Shown one piece after another: positions 29,284 through 36,811 of a DNA stretch of 64,000 nucleotides. The stretch covers positions 1,611 through 65,610 of the forward strand of contig JAGOPO010000002.1 of assembly GCA_017992005.1 (NCBI GenBank). The letters run 5' to 3'. The notes under the pieces were generated by a model. It saw only the letters and a program-made list of their open reading frames with translations, ran no database searches and was not told where the DNA came from. The DNA is from Minisyncoccota bacterium (GTDB lineage: Bacteria; Patescibacteriota; Minisyncoccia; 2-02-FULL-40-12; GWA2-44-9). The position numbers and the translations under genes are program-made. The stretch's first letter is position 1. Every line of letters begins with the position of its first letter.

Positions 29284-30045
29284 TTAGTTTAAACGAATTA
29301 TTTCTTGTGCCAAGCGGTAGTATGCTTGTGCCGCCTTGGAGCTCGGATCATGTTGCAAAATTGTCTTGCCAAAACTCGGCGCTTCCGCGACTGATATCAC
29401 TCGAGGAACAATCGATTCAAATACGCGACCCGGGAAATTATGGATCACCTCGTTGACCACCTGTCGCGAGAGCTGATTGCGCTTGTCGTGCATCGTCAGC
29501 ACCACACCCATCACCGCGAGCTCTTGATTGATCGTGCCACGCACGAGCTCGATTGTCCGCATAAGCTGACCGAGACCTTCGAGCGCATAGTATTCACACT
29601 GCACCGGGATGATGACGCGATCAGCAGCAGCTAACGCATTCACCGTGAGCAACCCCAGCGATGGCGGACAATCGATGAGCACATAGTCGTAGTTATTTCG
29701 AAGATGATTGAGAACGCGACGAAGTCGATACTCTCGCTCTTGCATACCCACGAGCTCAACCGTTGCACCTGCAAGCATCTGCGATGCAGGGAGGATATCG
29801 TAGCCGAACATCGGCGTCTTCAGCACGAGCGATTCAGGATTCACGTCTGAAACCAGCGAGTGATACACATTCTGCGCCGTCGGGTGGAGCTCCATACCAA
29901 GTCCCATCGTCGCATTTGCCTGAGAATCCAAGTCAACGAGCAGCACATACTTACCCTGCGACGCTAAATAGGCTCCCAGATTTACTGATGTGGTTGTCTT
30001 TCCTACGCCACCTTTCTGATTACACACCGCAATGACGCGTGCCAT
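29284..30045 (-). CDS. parA: chromosome partitioning ATPase ParA/Soj
   Basis: ORF-track ORF extends to 30372 but would cross tRNA-Leu. The true start ATG at 30045 gives MARVIAVCNQKGGVGKTT (deviant Walker A). 254 aa. Confidence 0.85.
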   Translation of the reverse strand: MARVIAVCNQKGGVGKTTTSVNLGAYLASQGKYVLLVDLDSQANATMGLGMELHPTAQNVYHSLVSDVNPESLVLKTPMFGYDILPASQMLAGATVELVGMQEREYRLRRVLNHLRNNYDYVLIDCPPSLGLLTVNALAAADRVIIPVQCEYYALEGLGQLMRTIELVRGTINQELAVMGVVLTMHDKRNQLSRQVVNEVIHNFPGRVFESIVPRVISVAEAPSFGKTILQHDPSSKAAQAYYRLAQEIIRLN

Positions 30046-30132
30046 ATAGAATGCATGATAGCATGCGCAACTTGCTCTGCAATGCGGATAACATTGAAAA
30101 AATGCTGGTACTGGCGTATACTGCCCTGCATT

Positions 30133-30215
30133 GCCCGGGTGGTGGAATGGCATACACGTGCGACTCAAAATCGCATGGCCGCAAGGCCTTGTGGGTTCAA
30201 GTCCCACCCCGGGCA
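30133..30215 (+). tRNA. tRNA-Leu (anticodon CAA), long variable arm
   Basis: GCCCGGGUGGUGGAAUGGCAUACACGUGCGACUCAAAAUCGCAUGGCCGCAAGGCCUUGUGGGUUCAAGUCCCACCCCGGGCA. Anticodon loop CUCAAAA, T-loop GGUUCAAGUCC. Confidence 0.8.
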
Positions 30216-30217
30216 CA
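30199..30217 (+). repeat. 19-nt direct repeat, copy 1 (the tRNA-Leu 3' end)
   Basis: aagtcccaccccgggcaca, identical to 30372-30390. Confidence 0.9.
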
Positions 30218-30371
30218 TTACCGATACACGACATTCCTTTAGGAATGAGGTGTATCGGTATAAAGTTGATTCGTGGTGGACTTGAACGCCGGAACGCTGT
30301 GACGCCAGCAGGTGTCACCGTGAGGCGGTGGCCAGCCCGAGTCCTGCGACGGCAGGACGAGAGGCGAGGCA

Positions 30372-30390
30372 AAGTCCCACCCCGGGCACA
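30372..30390 (+). repeat. 19-nt direct repeat, copy 2 (duplicated tRNA-Leu 3' end without the rest of the tRNA)
   Basis: aagtcccaccccgggcaca. Lies 173 bp downstream of copy 1. The spacer contains long hairpins. Confidence 0.9.
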
Positions 30391-30483
30391 GTACGCTCTT
30401 TCTAACGCATCATTGCTCTACTAGAACTCGTCGTCGAGATCGCATACCGCGACCCGTGCCACGATGGGCTCTAGGGAGTCGTG

Positions 30484-30687
30484 ATGACATTTGCGCTTGC
30501 CCCCAATGGTCAAAAAGGCATCAAAGACGAACGCACACATCCGGTTCGTCTCGATACCGGTGAAATTCAACGCGCCAAGGCTCCTGCGCATGGCCGTGTG
30601 CAGTGCACCGATTGTGGTCACCAGGTTGACCCTCGAACTGCAGTGATGTCCGACGAAGGATACATCTGCGCGCACCACGAAGAGTAG
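30484..30687 (+). CDS. small Cys/His-rich zinc-ribbon-like protein (67 aa)
   Basis: AGGGAG SD-like sequence 5 nt upstream. C-x2-C ... C-x-H-H motifs. A strong terminator follows immediately. Preferred over the overlapping minus-strand ORF 30421..30696. Confidence 0.5.
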   Translation: MTFALAPNGQKGIKDERTHPVRLDTGEIQRAKAPAHGRVQCTDCGHQVDPRTAVMSDEGYICAHHEE

Positions 30688-30735
30688 CTGCGACATTCGC
30701 AGCGAGCACCGACAAACGTCGGTGCTTTTTATTTT
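30688..30735 (+). terminator. tandem hairpins ending in a Rho-independent terminator
   Basis: gctgcgacattcgcagc, then agcaccgac-aaac-gtcggtgct followed by UUUUUAUUUUUU. Confidence 0.7.
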
Positions 30736-30778
30736 TTATGCACAGAAAATCATTTGCTTGTAACTTCAAAGTGCTAGT

Positions 30779-31036
30779 ATGAAAATAATTATTGATCTCG
30801 GAGGGATGCGACACCTACAAAAACAAAAGCGATCACAGCAACCAGAACTCCCCGAGTCCTATCTTCTGTGTCCAGAATGCGACGGCACGTGGGTTGATAG
30901 TCGCCATGGATCGTGCGCGCACTGTCCGATTGGCACATCGAGCCAGGATTTTCACCTCTGTCTTTCGTGCGCGCTTCATGAAAAACGTTGCCAGCACTGT
31001 GGGCAAGAAATCACGGTGAAGATTGCCAACTGTTAA
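30779..31036 (+). CDS. small zinc-ribbon protein (85 aa, four CxxC pairs)
   Basis: CPECDG...CAHCP...CLSCA...CQHCGQ. Confidence 0.45.
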   Translation: MKIIIDLGGMRHLQKQKRSQQPELPESYLLCPECDGTWVDSRHGSCAHCPIGTSSQDFHLCLSCALHEKRCQHCGQEITVKIANC

Positions 31037-31830
31037 CGAGTTGCGAGCAGGAGAAGATTCTCCAGAACTGCGGCAACAACGAGCGGCCCCATACCACCCG
31101 GTACCGGCGTAAGAAGGCCGGCTTTTTTTGACACGGAATCAAAATCAACATCACCAACATAGGCATCACCTTTTTTGCCGTAGCCAAAATCGATCACCGT
31201 TGCGCCCTCTTTAATCCACGCGTCTGTGATGAGTCCTGGCACGCCTGTTGCAGCAATCACGATGTCTGCCTGACAAGATTTCAATGCCGGGTCCGTTGTG
31301 GAGATATCCATCACCTCAACCTGCGCTCCCTGCTTGGAAAGCCACTGAGCGATTGGTTGACCAACCAACGCACCTGCGCCGACGACAGCACACCGGACAC
31401 CCAGCACGGGAATGGCATGTGCGTCAATAATATACTGAAGAGCGCGAACCGATGGCGGCAGGAGATCGCCTCGTGCTAGCACATCCACATCCTTCTCCGA
31501 AGGTATGAGCTTTGTGAGTGCTGATGCGTCCCATGATGACGGCAACGGCAACTCAACAAATATTCCCTGCACTTCGTCATCAGAAGCCAAATAACTGATT
31601 GCTTCCCGCGCCTGCGACTCTTGATCGGCATCAAAAAAATAACTTGAAAATTGTAATCCAATAGAATGCGCCGCTTTTTGCTTCAATCGCACAAATGTCT
31701 TCAGGCCATCGTCATCTCCGGCGCATACCGCTGCTAGTTGAAGTGGCACGCTAAGAGCGCGAACTTGCTCCGCCAGTCCAATGAGTACCTGGTCCGCGAT
31801 TGCTCGACCATCGATTAGTATTGCCTCCAT
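31033..31830 (-). CDS. folD: bifunctional methylenetetrahydrofolate dehydrogenase / methenyl-THF cyclohydrolase
   Basis: 265 aa. Rossmann motif VVGAGALVG, an N-terminal substrate-binding region, and a C-terminal GGMGPL-like motif. Confidence 0.8.
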   Translation of the reverse strand: MEAILIDGRAIADQVLIGLAEQVRALSVPLQLAAVCAGDDDGLKTFVRLKQKAAHSIGLQFSSYFFDADQESQAREAISYLASDDEVQGIFVELPLPSSWDASALTKLIPSEKDVDVLARGDLLPPSVRALQYIIDAHAIPVLGVRCAVVGAGALVGQPIAQWLSKQGAQVEVMDISTTDPALKSCQADIVIAATGVPGLITDAWIKEGATVIDFGYGKKGDAYVGDVDFDSVSKKAGLLTPVPGGMGPLVVAAVLENLLLLATR

Positions 31831-31841
31831 AACGCCGTATA

Positions 31842-32474
31842 TTACAGGAGTGCCATAATTTTGTCAGCAGGCACCGCACCCTCTCGCAGGATGCGCGGGT
31901 ATCGACCCGAAAGATCAACAACCGTCGATAGTTGTGTTTCCGGCAATAATCCCGCATCGAGTATGTAGTCTGGCTGTGGTGCGGACTGCGCAAAATTAAA
32001 AGCGATGCGCTCTGCGTCGTTCGTAGGTTCAGTTCCGTTGCGGTTTGCCGATGTTGCTGCCAACGGATAACCCACCTTATAGAGTAAGGACTGCAGGAGT
32101 GGATAGTCTGGAGCGCGGACCCCAATCGCCTGCCCACCACCACAGGTAATTGATGGCACCAGCGGTCGTCGCGGCAATATAAATGTCACGCGACCAGGCC
32201 AAAATCGCGAAATAATCTTTTCATGTACCGCCGTCATGTAGACCAGCTCTCGAGCCCACGAAATATCCCGAACAAGCATCGGCAGTGCGCGCACATAACT
32301 ACGATGCTTGGCATCAAATACACGTGCGACGGCGACGGGATCGAGTGCATTACACACCAATGCGTACATTGAATCAGAAGGCACAACCGAGTTCCCACCG
32401 CGTCGCAACGACGTTACAACACGATCGAGTGAAGATCCGTAATCGGCTGCCAGATCTATCTTGAGCATGTGCAT
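31842..32474 (-). CDS. tsaC: L-threonylcarbamoyladenylate synthase (YrdC/Sua5 domain)
   Basis: 210 aa. PSDSMYALVCNALDPVAVARVF and SANRNG regions typical of the YrdC fold. Confidence 0.7.
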   Translation of the reverse strand: MHMLKIDLAADYGSSLDRVVTSLRRGGNSVVPSDSMYALVCNALDPVAVARVFDAKHRSYVRALPMLVRDISWARELVYMTAVHEKIISRFWPGRVTFILPRRPLVPSITCGGGQAIGVRAPDYPLLQSLLYKVGYPLAATSANRNGTEPTNDAERIAFNFAQSAPQPDYILDAGLLPETQLSTVVDLSGRYPRILREGAVPADKIMALL

Positions 32475-32525
32475 GGGGTATACATAGCAAGAAGGAGCCC
32501 TGGGGCTCCTTCTTGTCTCAGCGGG

Positions 32526-32813
32526 TTACTTTCCCTCTGCCTTTTTGTGTTTTGGTTTCCAACTCTCCATCTTTGGTCGATCCCATACTTTGTAATTGAC
32601 CATGAGATTGTTGACGGTTGGACTGATCTGGGCGCCATTTTTCATGTACGCCTCTACTTTTTCGCGATCTACATTGAACGCTTTTGCATGAGGATCATAG
32701 GTGCCCAAAAGCTCAAGGTATTTACCTTGTGGCTTCTTGGTGTGCTCCATGACCGAAATGCGGTAGTGAGCCTGCTTTTTCTTTCCGATACGCTGTAGTC
32801 GAATCTTCAACAT
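32526..32813 (-). CDS. rpsP: 30S ribosomal protein S16
   Basis: MLKIRLQRIGKKKQAHYRI N-terminus. Confidence 0.9.
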   Translation of the reverse strand: MLKIRLQRIGKKKQAHYRISVMEHTKKPQGKYLELLGTYDPHAKAFNVDREKVEAYMKNGAQISPTVNNLMVNYKVWDRPKMESWKPKHKKAEGK

Positions 32814-32914
32814 AGTGCATTATCTTACACCATATCCCCATAGAACGCAAGCCTTTGCTGCCCGCCCACACTCGTGCTAGGATTTTTGTGCTCTTTGCAA
32901 GGAGGAATGTTGCT

Positions 32915-33193
32915 ATGCGAATAGAAGCCTTCGCCGACGCACATCGTTTGTACATTTCTATCGTTCGCTACCCAAACGATATGGGGTGGTCCGCTAAGCT
33001 GTCCATTGGTAGCGGTGAGGGACACTATGCCTCACTGGTCTGGATCCGTGAAAAGCACGCGGCTCCATTCTGCATTGATGCAACGGCGATTGACGCCCTC
33101 AATGGCCTCCTCGCACTCATTGCTGGCACGACGCTTGTCATCGGAGACCTTCACCACCGAGAAGTGAGTGTCCCCACTGATCTAACCCTGTAG
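32915..33193 (+). CDS. orphan hypothetical protein (92 aa)
   Basis: AAGGAGG lies 9 nt upstream of the ATG. A strong intrinsic terminator follows 6 nt after the stop. It is a plus-strand gene among minus-strand neighbours. Confidence 0.55.
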   Translation: MRIEAFADAHRLYISIVRYPNDMGWSAKLSIGSGEGHYASLVWIREKHAAPFCIDATAIDALNGLLALIAGTTLVIGDLHHREVSVPTDLTL

Positions 33194-33198
33194 ACTCA

Positions 33199-33224
33199 CG
33201 CCTCCGAAAGGAGGCGATTTTTAT
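33199..33224 (+). terminator. Rho-independent terminator
   Basis: cgcctcc-gaaa-ggaggcg followed by AUUUUUAU. Confidence 0.7.
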
Positions 33225-33931
33225 CGCCCCGCCCAACTCTTATTCTTGAGTGCATCTTCAGCAGCTCCTTGCTGCGCGTCTTGCTTTGACTCTCCCTGCC
33301 CCTCTCCCGCAAGCTCGCGCCCGAGGTAGACTCCGATCTTAAATTGACGCGCATGATCAGGCCCCCACTCCTCCATGACGCGATAGGTTGGAGTCACACT
33401 CAGGCGATCTTGTGCCTCTTCTTGGAGGAGCGATTTAGGGTCACGATATAATTTCTTGGAAATAATTTCGGGAAGGTGTGATAGCACAAATGAACCGATA
33501 AACACCTTACAGGGCTCATATCCGCCATCCAAATAAATGGCCCCGATGAGTGCTTCGATCGCATTGGCCAAAATATACTGACGAGCTCGCCCCGTATCAC
33601 GTGCTTCCCCTCGCGACAACAACATATGCGCGTTGAGATCAAATTCATTGGTAATGCCCGAGAGCATATTGGCGTTCACCAGTGCGGCGCGCCAGTTGGT
33701 CATTTCACCCTCCTGTGTCGAAGGATAGTGCTCGTAGAGATATTCGGTCACCACTAACTCAAGCACCGCGTCGCCCAAAAACTCGAGACGTTCATTGTGT
33801 CCCGTGGGCCAATCAGGATGTTCATTGAGGTACGAACGATGTGTCAGTGCCTGCGCTAAGAGTTGCGCATCCTTGAATACATAACCGATGCGCTCTTGGA
33901 GCTGCATCAACGATTTACTCGACATACTCAC
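33221..33931 (-). CDS. rnc: ribonuclease III
   Basis: 236 aa. Signature ERLEFLGDAVLELVVTEYLYEHYP and a C-terminal dsRBD. Confidence 0.9.
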   Translation of the reverse strand: MSMSSKSLMQLQERIGYVFKDAQLLAQALTHRSYLNEHPDWPTGHNERLEFLGDAVLELVVTEYLYEHYPSTQEGEMTNWRAALVNANMLSGITNEFDLNAHMLLSRGEARDTGRARQYILANAIEALIGAIYLDGGYEPCKVFIGSFVLSHLPEIISKKLYRDPKSLLQEEAQDRLSVTPTYRVMEEWGPDHARQFKIGVYLGRELAGEGQGESKQDAQQGAAEDALKNKSWAGR

Positions 33932-33996
33932 GAGCGAGCCACACAGCGAGCAGGGCGGCTAACCACCATGCTTGATCTACGGCCCGTTGTTATAGA

Positions 33997-34491
33997 TTAC
34001 TCAACCGACTCTTCGCTGACCTTCTCCTCTTCCGCATCCGACTTGCGTGCAGGCGCGTCATCCTTACCTGGCTCGCCCATCTCTTTGTAGATAGTACCAA
34101 GCACCCCATTGATGAAACGGCCACTCGACTCGCCACCAAATGATTTCGCCAACTCAATCGCCTCATTGATGGCTACTTTTGGTGGAACAGCTTCGCGATC
34201 ACTCCACATGAGCTCGTAGAGTCCCAGACGGAGCACGTTGCGGTCTACCATCGCAATCTGATCAATGGGCCACTGGGGTGCAGCGCGTTCAATGATACGA
34301 TCAATTTCCTCGATGTGATCGAGCGTTCCCTTCACCAACATCACAATAAACTCTGGCTCCTCGATGCCGTCGCCAAACTCCTTGATCGTATGCTCAAGAA
34401 TACCGGGCAAGAGCTCATTGTTGCGCTCCTTAAAATCCCACTCGTAGAGGGCTTGCATCGCGACCGAGCGAGCGAGGTGACGTGATGCCAT
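33997..34491 (-). CDS. nusB: transcription antitermination factor NusB with acidic C-terminal tail
   Basis: 164 aa. [14 protein letters not shown] and INGVLG motifs. Confidence 0.8.
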   Translation of the reverse strand: MASRHLARSVAMQALYEWDFKERNNELLPGILEHTIKEFGDGIEEPEFIVMLVKGTLDHIEEIDRIIERAAPQWPIDQIAMVDRNVLRLGLYELMWSDREAVPPKVAINEAIELAKSFGGESSGRFINGVLGTIYKEMGEPGKDDAPARKSDAEEEKVSEESVE

Positions 34492-34526
34492 TGTAAAGTG
34501 AGAGAGATAAACGAACCTATCCTATC

Positions 34527-34751
34527 CTACTTGGAAGCCTGCTCTTTCTTCTTCTGTGCCTTCTTGAGTTTGCGTGCGGTCACATTGACGACTTCGCGAC
34601 CCTTATAGAAACCGCAATACTTACACACTGTGTGTGATTGTATCATTTTTTTGCACTGCGTGCATGCCTGCAATGTCTGCTTCTTGAGAGCCAAGTGGCT
34701 GCGGCGACGCAGCTGCTTGCCCTTTGCCATATGATGTCGTGGAACGCCCAT
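34527..34751 (-). CDS. rpmF: 50S ribosomal protein L32
   Basis: MAKGKQLRRRSHLALKK...CTQCKKMIQSHTVCKYCGFYKG. Zinc-ribbon form. Confidence 0.8.
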   Translation of the reverse strand: MGVPRHHMAKGKQLRRRSHLALKKQTLQACTQCKKMIQSHTVCKYCGFYKGREVVNVTARKLKKAQKKKEQASK

Positions 34752-34820
34752 GTCGGTAGATAGTTAGATAGTTACTGGTTGTGAAATACATGATACCACA
34801 CACGGCGCCATTGGGCAACA

Positions 34821-34852
34821 GTACGAAAAACTCCCGACCTTTCGGTCGGGAG
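34821..34852 (-). terminator. Rho-independent terminator after the 312-aa hypothetical gene
   Basis: Minus strand: cucccgacc-gaaa-ggucgggag followed by UUUUUCGUAC. Confidence 0.7.
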
Positions 34853-34862
34853 CACAGTGAGA

Positions 34863-35801
34863 TCAGAAGAACCTCACCAGAGGACGAGCGGTTATCCAGT
34901 CACGGCGACGGCTACCTTCCAGCGATGCGATCGCAGCGATTCCACCATCGTCCCGACAACCCGTCAGAAGTCGCGCGCCGCCGACGAGCTCATCCTCTAG
35001 CCACTCCCAGAGATCAAACTTTCCACGTTTCGCATCGTAGACATTACCGATAAAGTTGAACTCAGCCATGCGTTCGAGGCTGATCTTGGCACGTGTGATG
35101 TTCAGTGCGGATGCCATGTGAGCCAAGACGACTTGAATCCATTCATCGTGTGTGATGGCGAAACGGGAACCATCAAGCGCATCGCCGTACTTCCCGAGGA
35201 CTTTCAAGACGGTGCGGAGTCGAGTCAGTAGCGGTGCCCAGGGATCACGGGGAAGGACCTGCGTGCCATTGGTGTAGTCAACACCGTTTGAGAAGTCCGC
35301 CAGAGCCCACCCCGACTTAAGAGTGAGCACCGTTCGATCAACAGCACCTTCGACGACCTGCCTGTACACCCACGACCCCGGCTTCACATATCCGCGCCGC
35401 AAGAACTTCTCGTCCAGAGTGACCGCGGGGAAAAAGACTGGACGAAGGTTGTACATGGCGGCATTGGTCAAGAATTCCTCAGTCCACTCTGCCGGCGGCG
35501 GAGTCACCTGCTTTGCCCATGCAGAGGAGAATCTTCGCAGTTTCTTGCGCGCTTCCCTCACGAGTTGCGCCCGCCAGTTCTGTGTTTGGTCGATTGCAGC
35601 CGATTTGAGCTCTGCAAACGGGTTTTTCTCCTGCAACATGAGCTTGAGACGCTCAAACCACAGTGACCCGTGGTCGCCTGACAATTTGGAGAACAAGTCT
35701 CCCAGCACTCGTAACACGGCGGTCGCCGTGTGCCCGACCACATGAAGCTGCATGGTCAAGTCCTTTCTGTTTGTTAATGTTCTTTTCGGTGCACAGCTCA
35801 C
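34863..35801 (-). CDS. hypothetical protein (about 296-312 aa), Trp-rich, no recognisable motif
   Basis: ORF track. Likely start is MQLHVVGH at 35753. Has its own terminator. Confidence 0.6.
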   Translation of the reverse strand: MSCAPKRTLTNRKDLTMQLHVVGHTATAVLRVLGDLFSKLSGDHGSLWFERLKLMLQEKNPFAELKSAAIDQTQNWRAQLVREARKKLRRFSSAWAKQVTPPPAEWTEEFLTNAAMYNLRPVFFPAVTLDEKFLRRGYVKPGSWVYRQVVEGAVDRTVLTLKSGWALADFSNGVDYTNGTQVLPRDPWAPLLTRLRTVLKVLGKYGDALDGSRFAITHDEWIQVVLAHMASALNITRAKISLERMAEFNFIGNVYDAKRGKFDLWEWLEDELVGGARLLTGCRDDGGIAAIASLEGSRRRDWITARPLVRFF

Positions 35802-35867
35802 CCAGCGGATGAGCCACCCAATCAGATTATATTCTACGTTTATAAATTCAATATGTCAATAGTCTTG

Positions 35868-35900
35868 CCACAACAAAATACCCCGACCAACAGGTCGGGG
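35868..35900 (-). terminator. Rho-independent terminator after the 249-aa hypothetical gene
   Basis: Minus strand: ccccgacc-uguu-ggucgggg followed by UAUUUUGUUG. Confidence 0.65.
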
Positions 35901-35923
35901 CAAGCGCGCCAGTAGAACGCACG

Positions 35924-36673
35924 CTAAACGGTCGCCACCTCTCGCACTCGAAGATCCAAACTCGCAAAGCGACGCTGGTACCAATTGACGTACATCCTGC
36001 CCTCGTACCAGCGCACGTCCGGCACACCGTCATCGGAGTACAGTGTGCCCGTGCAGAGCGTGGCACTCTGAAGATCAAGATGCTTTCCTGTCTCCATGAA
36101 GAACTTTAGCTCGAACAGCAAGCGCTCGAGGAGCGTAATCCCGACGATGCCCTCCCGCGCCAGAGTGTTGTAGCTCTTGTTGGCATGAATGGGATCAGCT
36201 TCGGAAAGATCGCGAACCCAAATTGCATAGGGTTCAGTCGTTGCGTTACGAATTGACTTGGTGATTGTGTCTAGATCCTCATGGGTCCATCGCCAGAATG
36301 AGTGTCGCTTCTTATACGAGGCGAGCACTTCCTCGATCTTCAGCCCAGGCAGGACTACGATCAGGCGAGTGAATCCTTCCTTTGGCTTTGAGACGCGAAG
36401 AGTGGAGAGGTCGACTTTCAGCCCTGGAACAGCGAGTTCCCGATAAAAGGCCTCCCACTGACTCACGAGGTGATCATACGGATCGGGCACCTCCTTGAAG
36501 ATAGCGCGAATCTTGGTGCCCAACTCGAAGGGGTGATGGAGCCAGTAATCGGCCTCCTCCCACGTAAGACGCTTGGGCACAGCCCGAAGGACGACGGCCC
36601 AGATTTCTGTGAGTTGCTTTACGGAGGCGAGACGGACATTCTGAAGAGGCTTCACTTGAGAAGACATCAGCAT
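35924..36673 (-). CDS. hypothetical protein (249 aa), no recognisable motif
   Basis: ORF track. Has its own terminator. Divergent from dnaE. Confidence 0.6.
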   Translation of the reverse strand: MLMSSQVKPLQNVRLASVKQLTEIWAVVLRAVPKRLTWEEADYWLHHPFELGTKIRAIFKEVPDPYDHLVSQWEAFYRELAVPGLKVDLSTLRVSKPKEGFTRLIVVLPGLKIEEVLASYKKRHSFWRWTHEDLDTITKSIRNATTEPYAIWVRDLSEADPIHANKSYNTLAREGIVGITLLERLLFELKFFMETGKHLDLQSATLCTGTLYSDDGVPDVRWYEGRMYVNWYQRRFASLDLRVREVATV

Positions 36674-36811
36674 TTCCTTATCTGTTATTTGTTAGAGAGC
36701 GAGGCATGCCCCGCGGACATACCACACGGTAGGTATTAATTATACGATTGTATTCATGTAAAGTCAATAGTGTTTGCTCTCGGTGAATCGGTTACAGTAA
36801 GAGACCTCCGT

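Noticed and set aside
30046-30424. N-terminal extension of the ParA ORF (to 30372) and plus-strand ORF 30131..30424
   Set aside because: Both run across tRNA-Leu and the duplicated 3'-end scar. The canonical ParA Walker-A N-terminus begins at the ATG at 30045.
30421-30696. Minus-strand 91-aa ORF
   Set aside because: The overlapping plus-strand ORF has an SD-like sequence, Cys/His motifs and an immediate strong terminator. The minus ORF has none of these.
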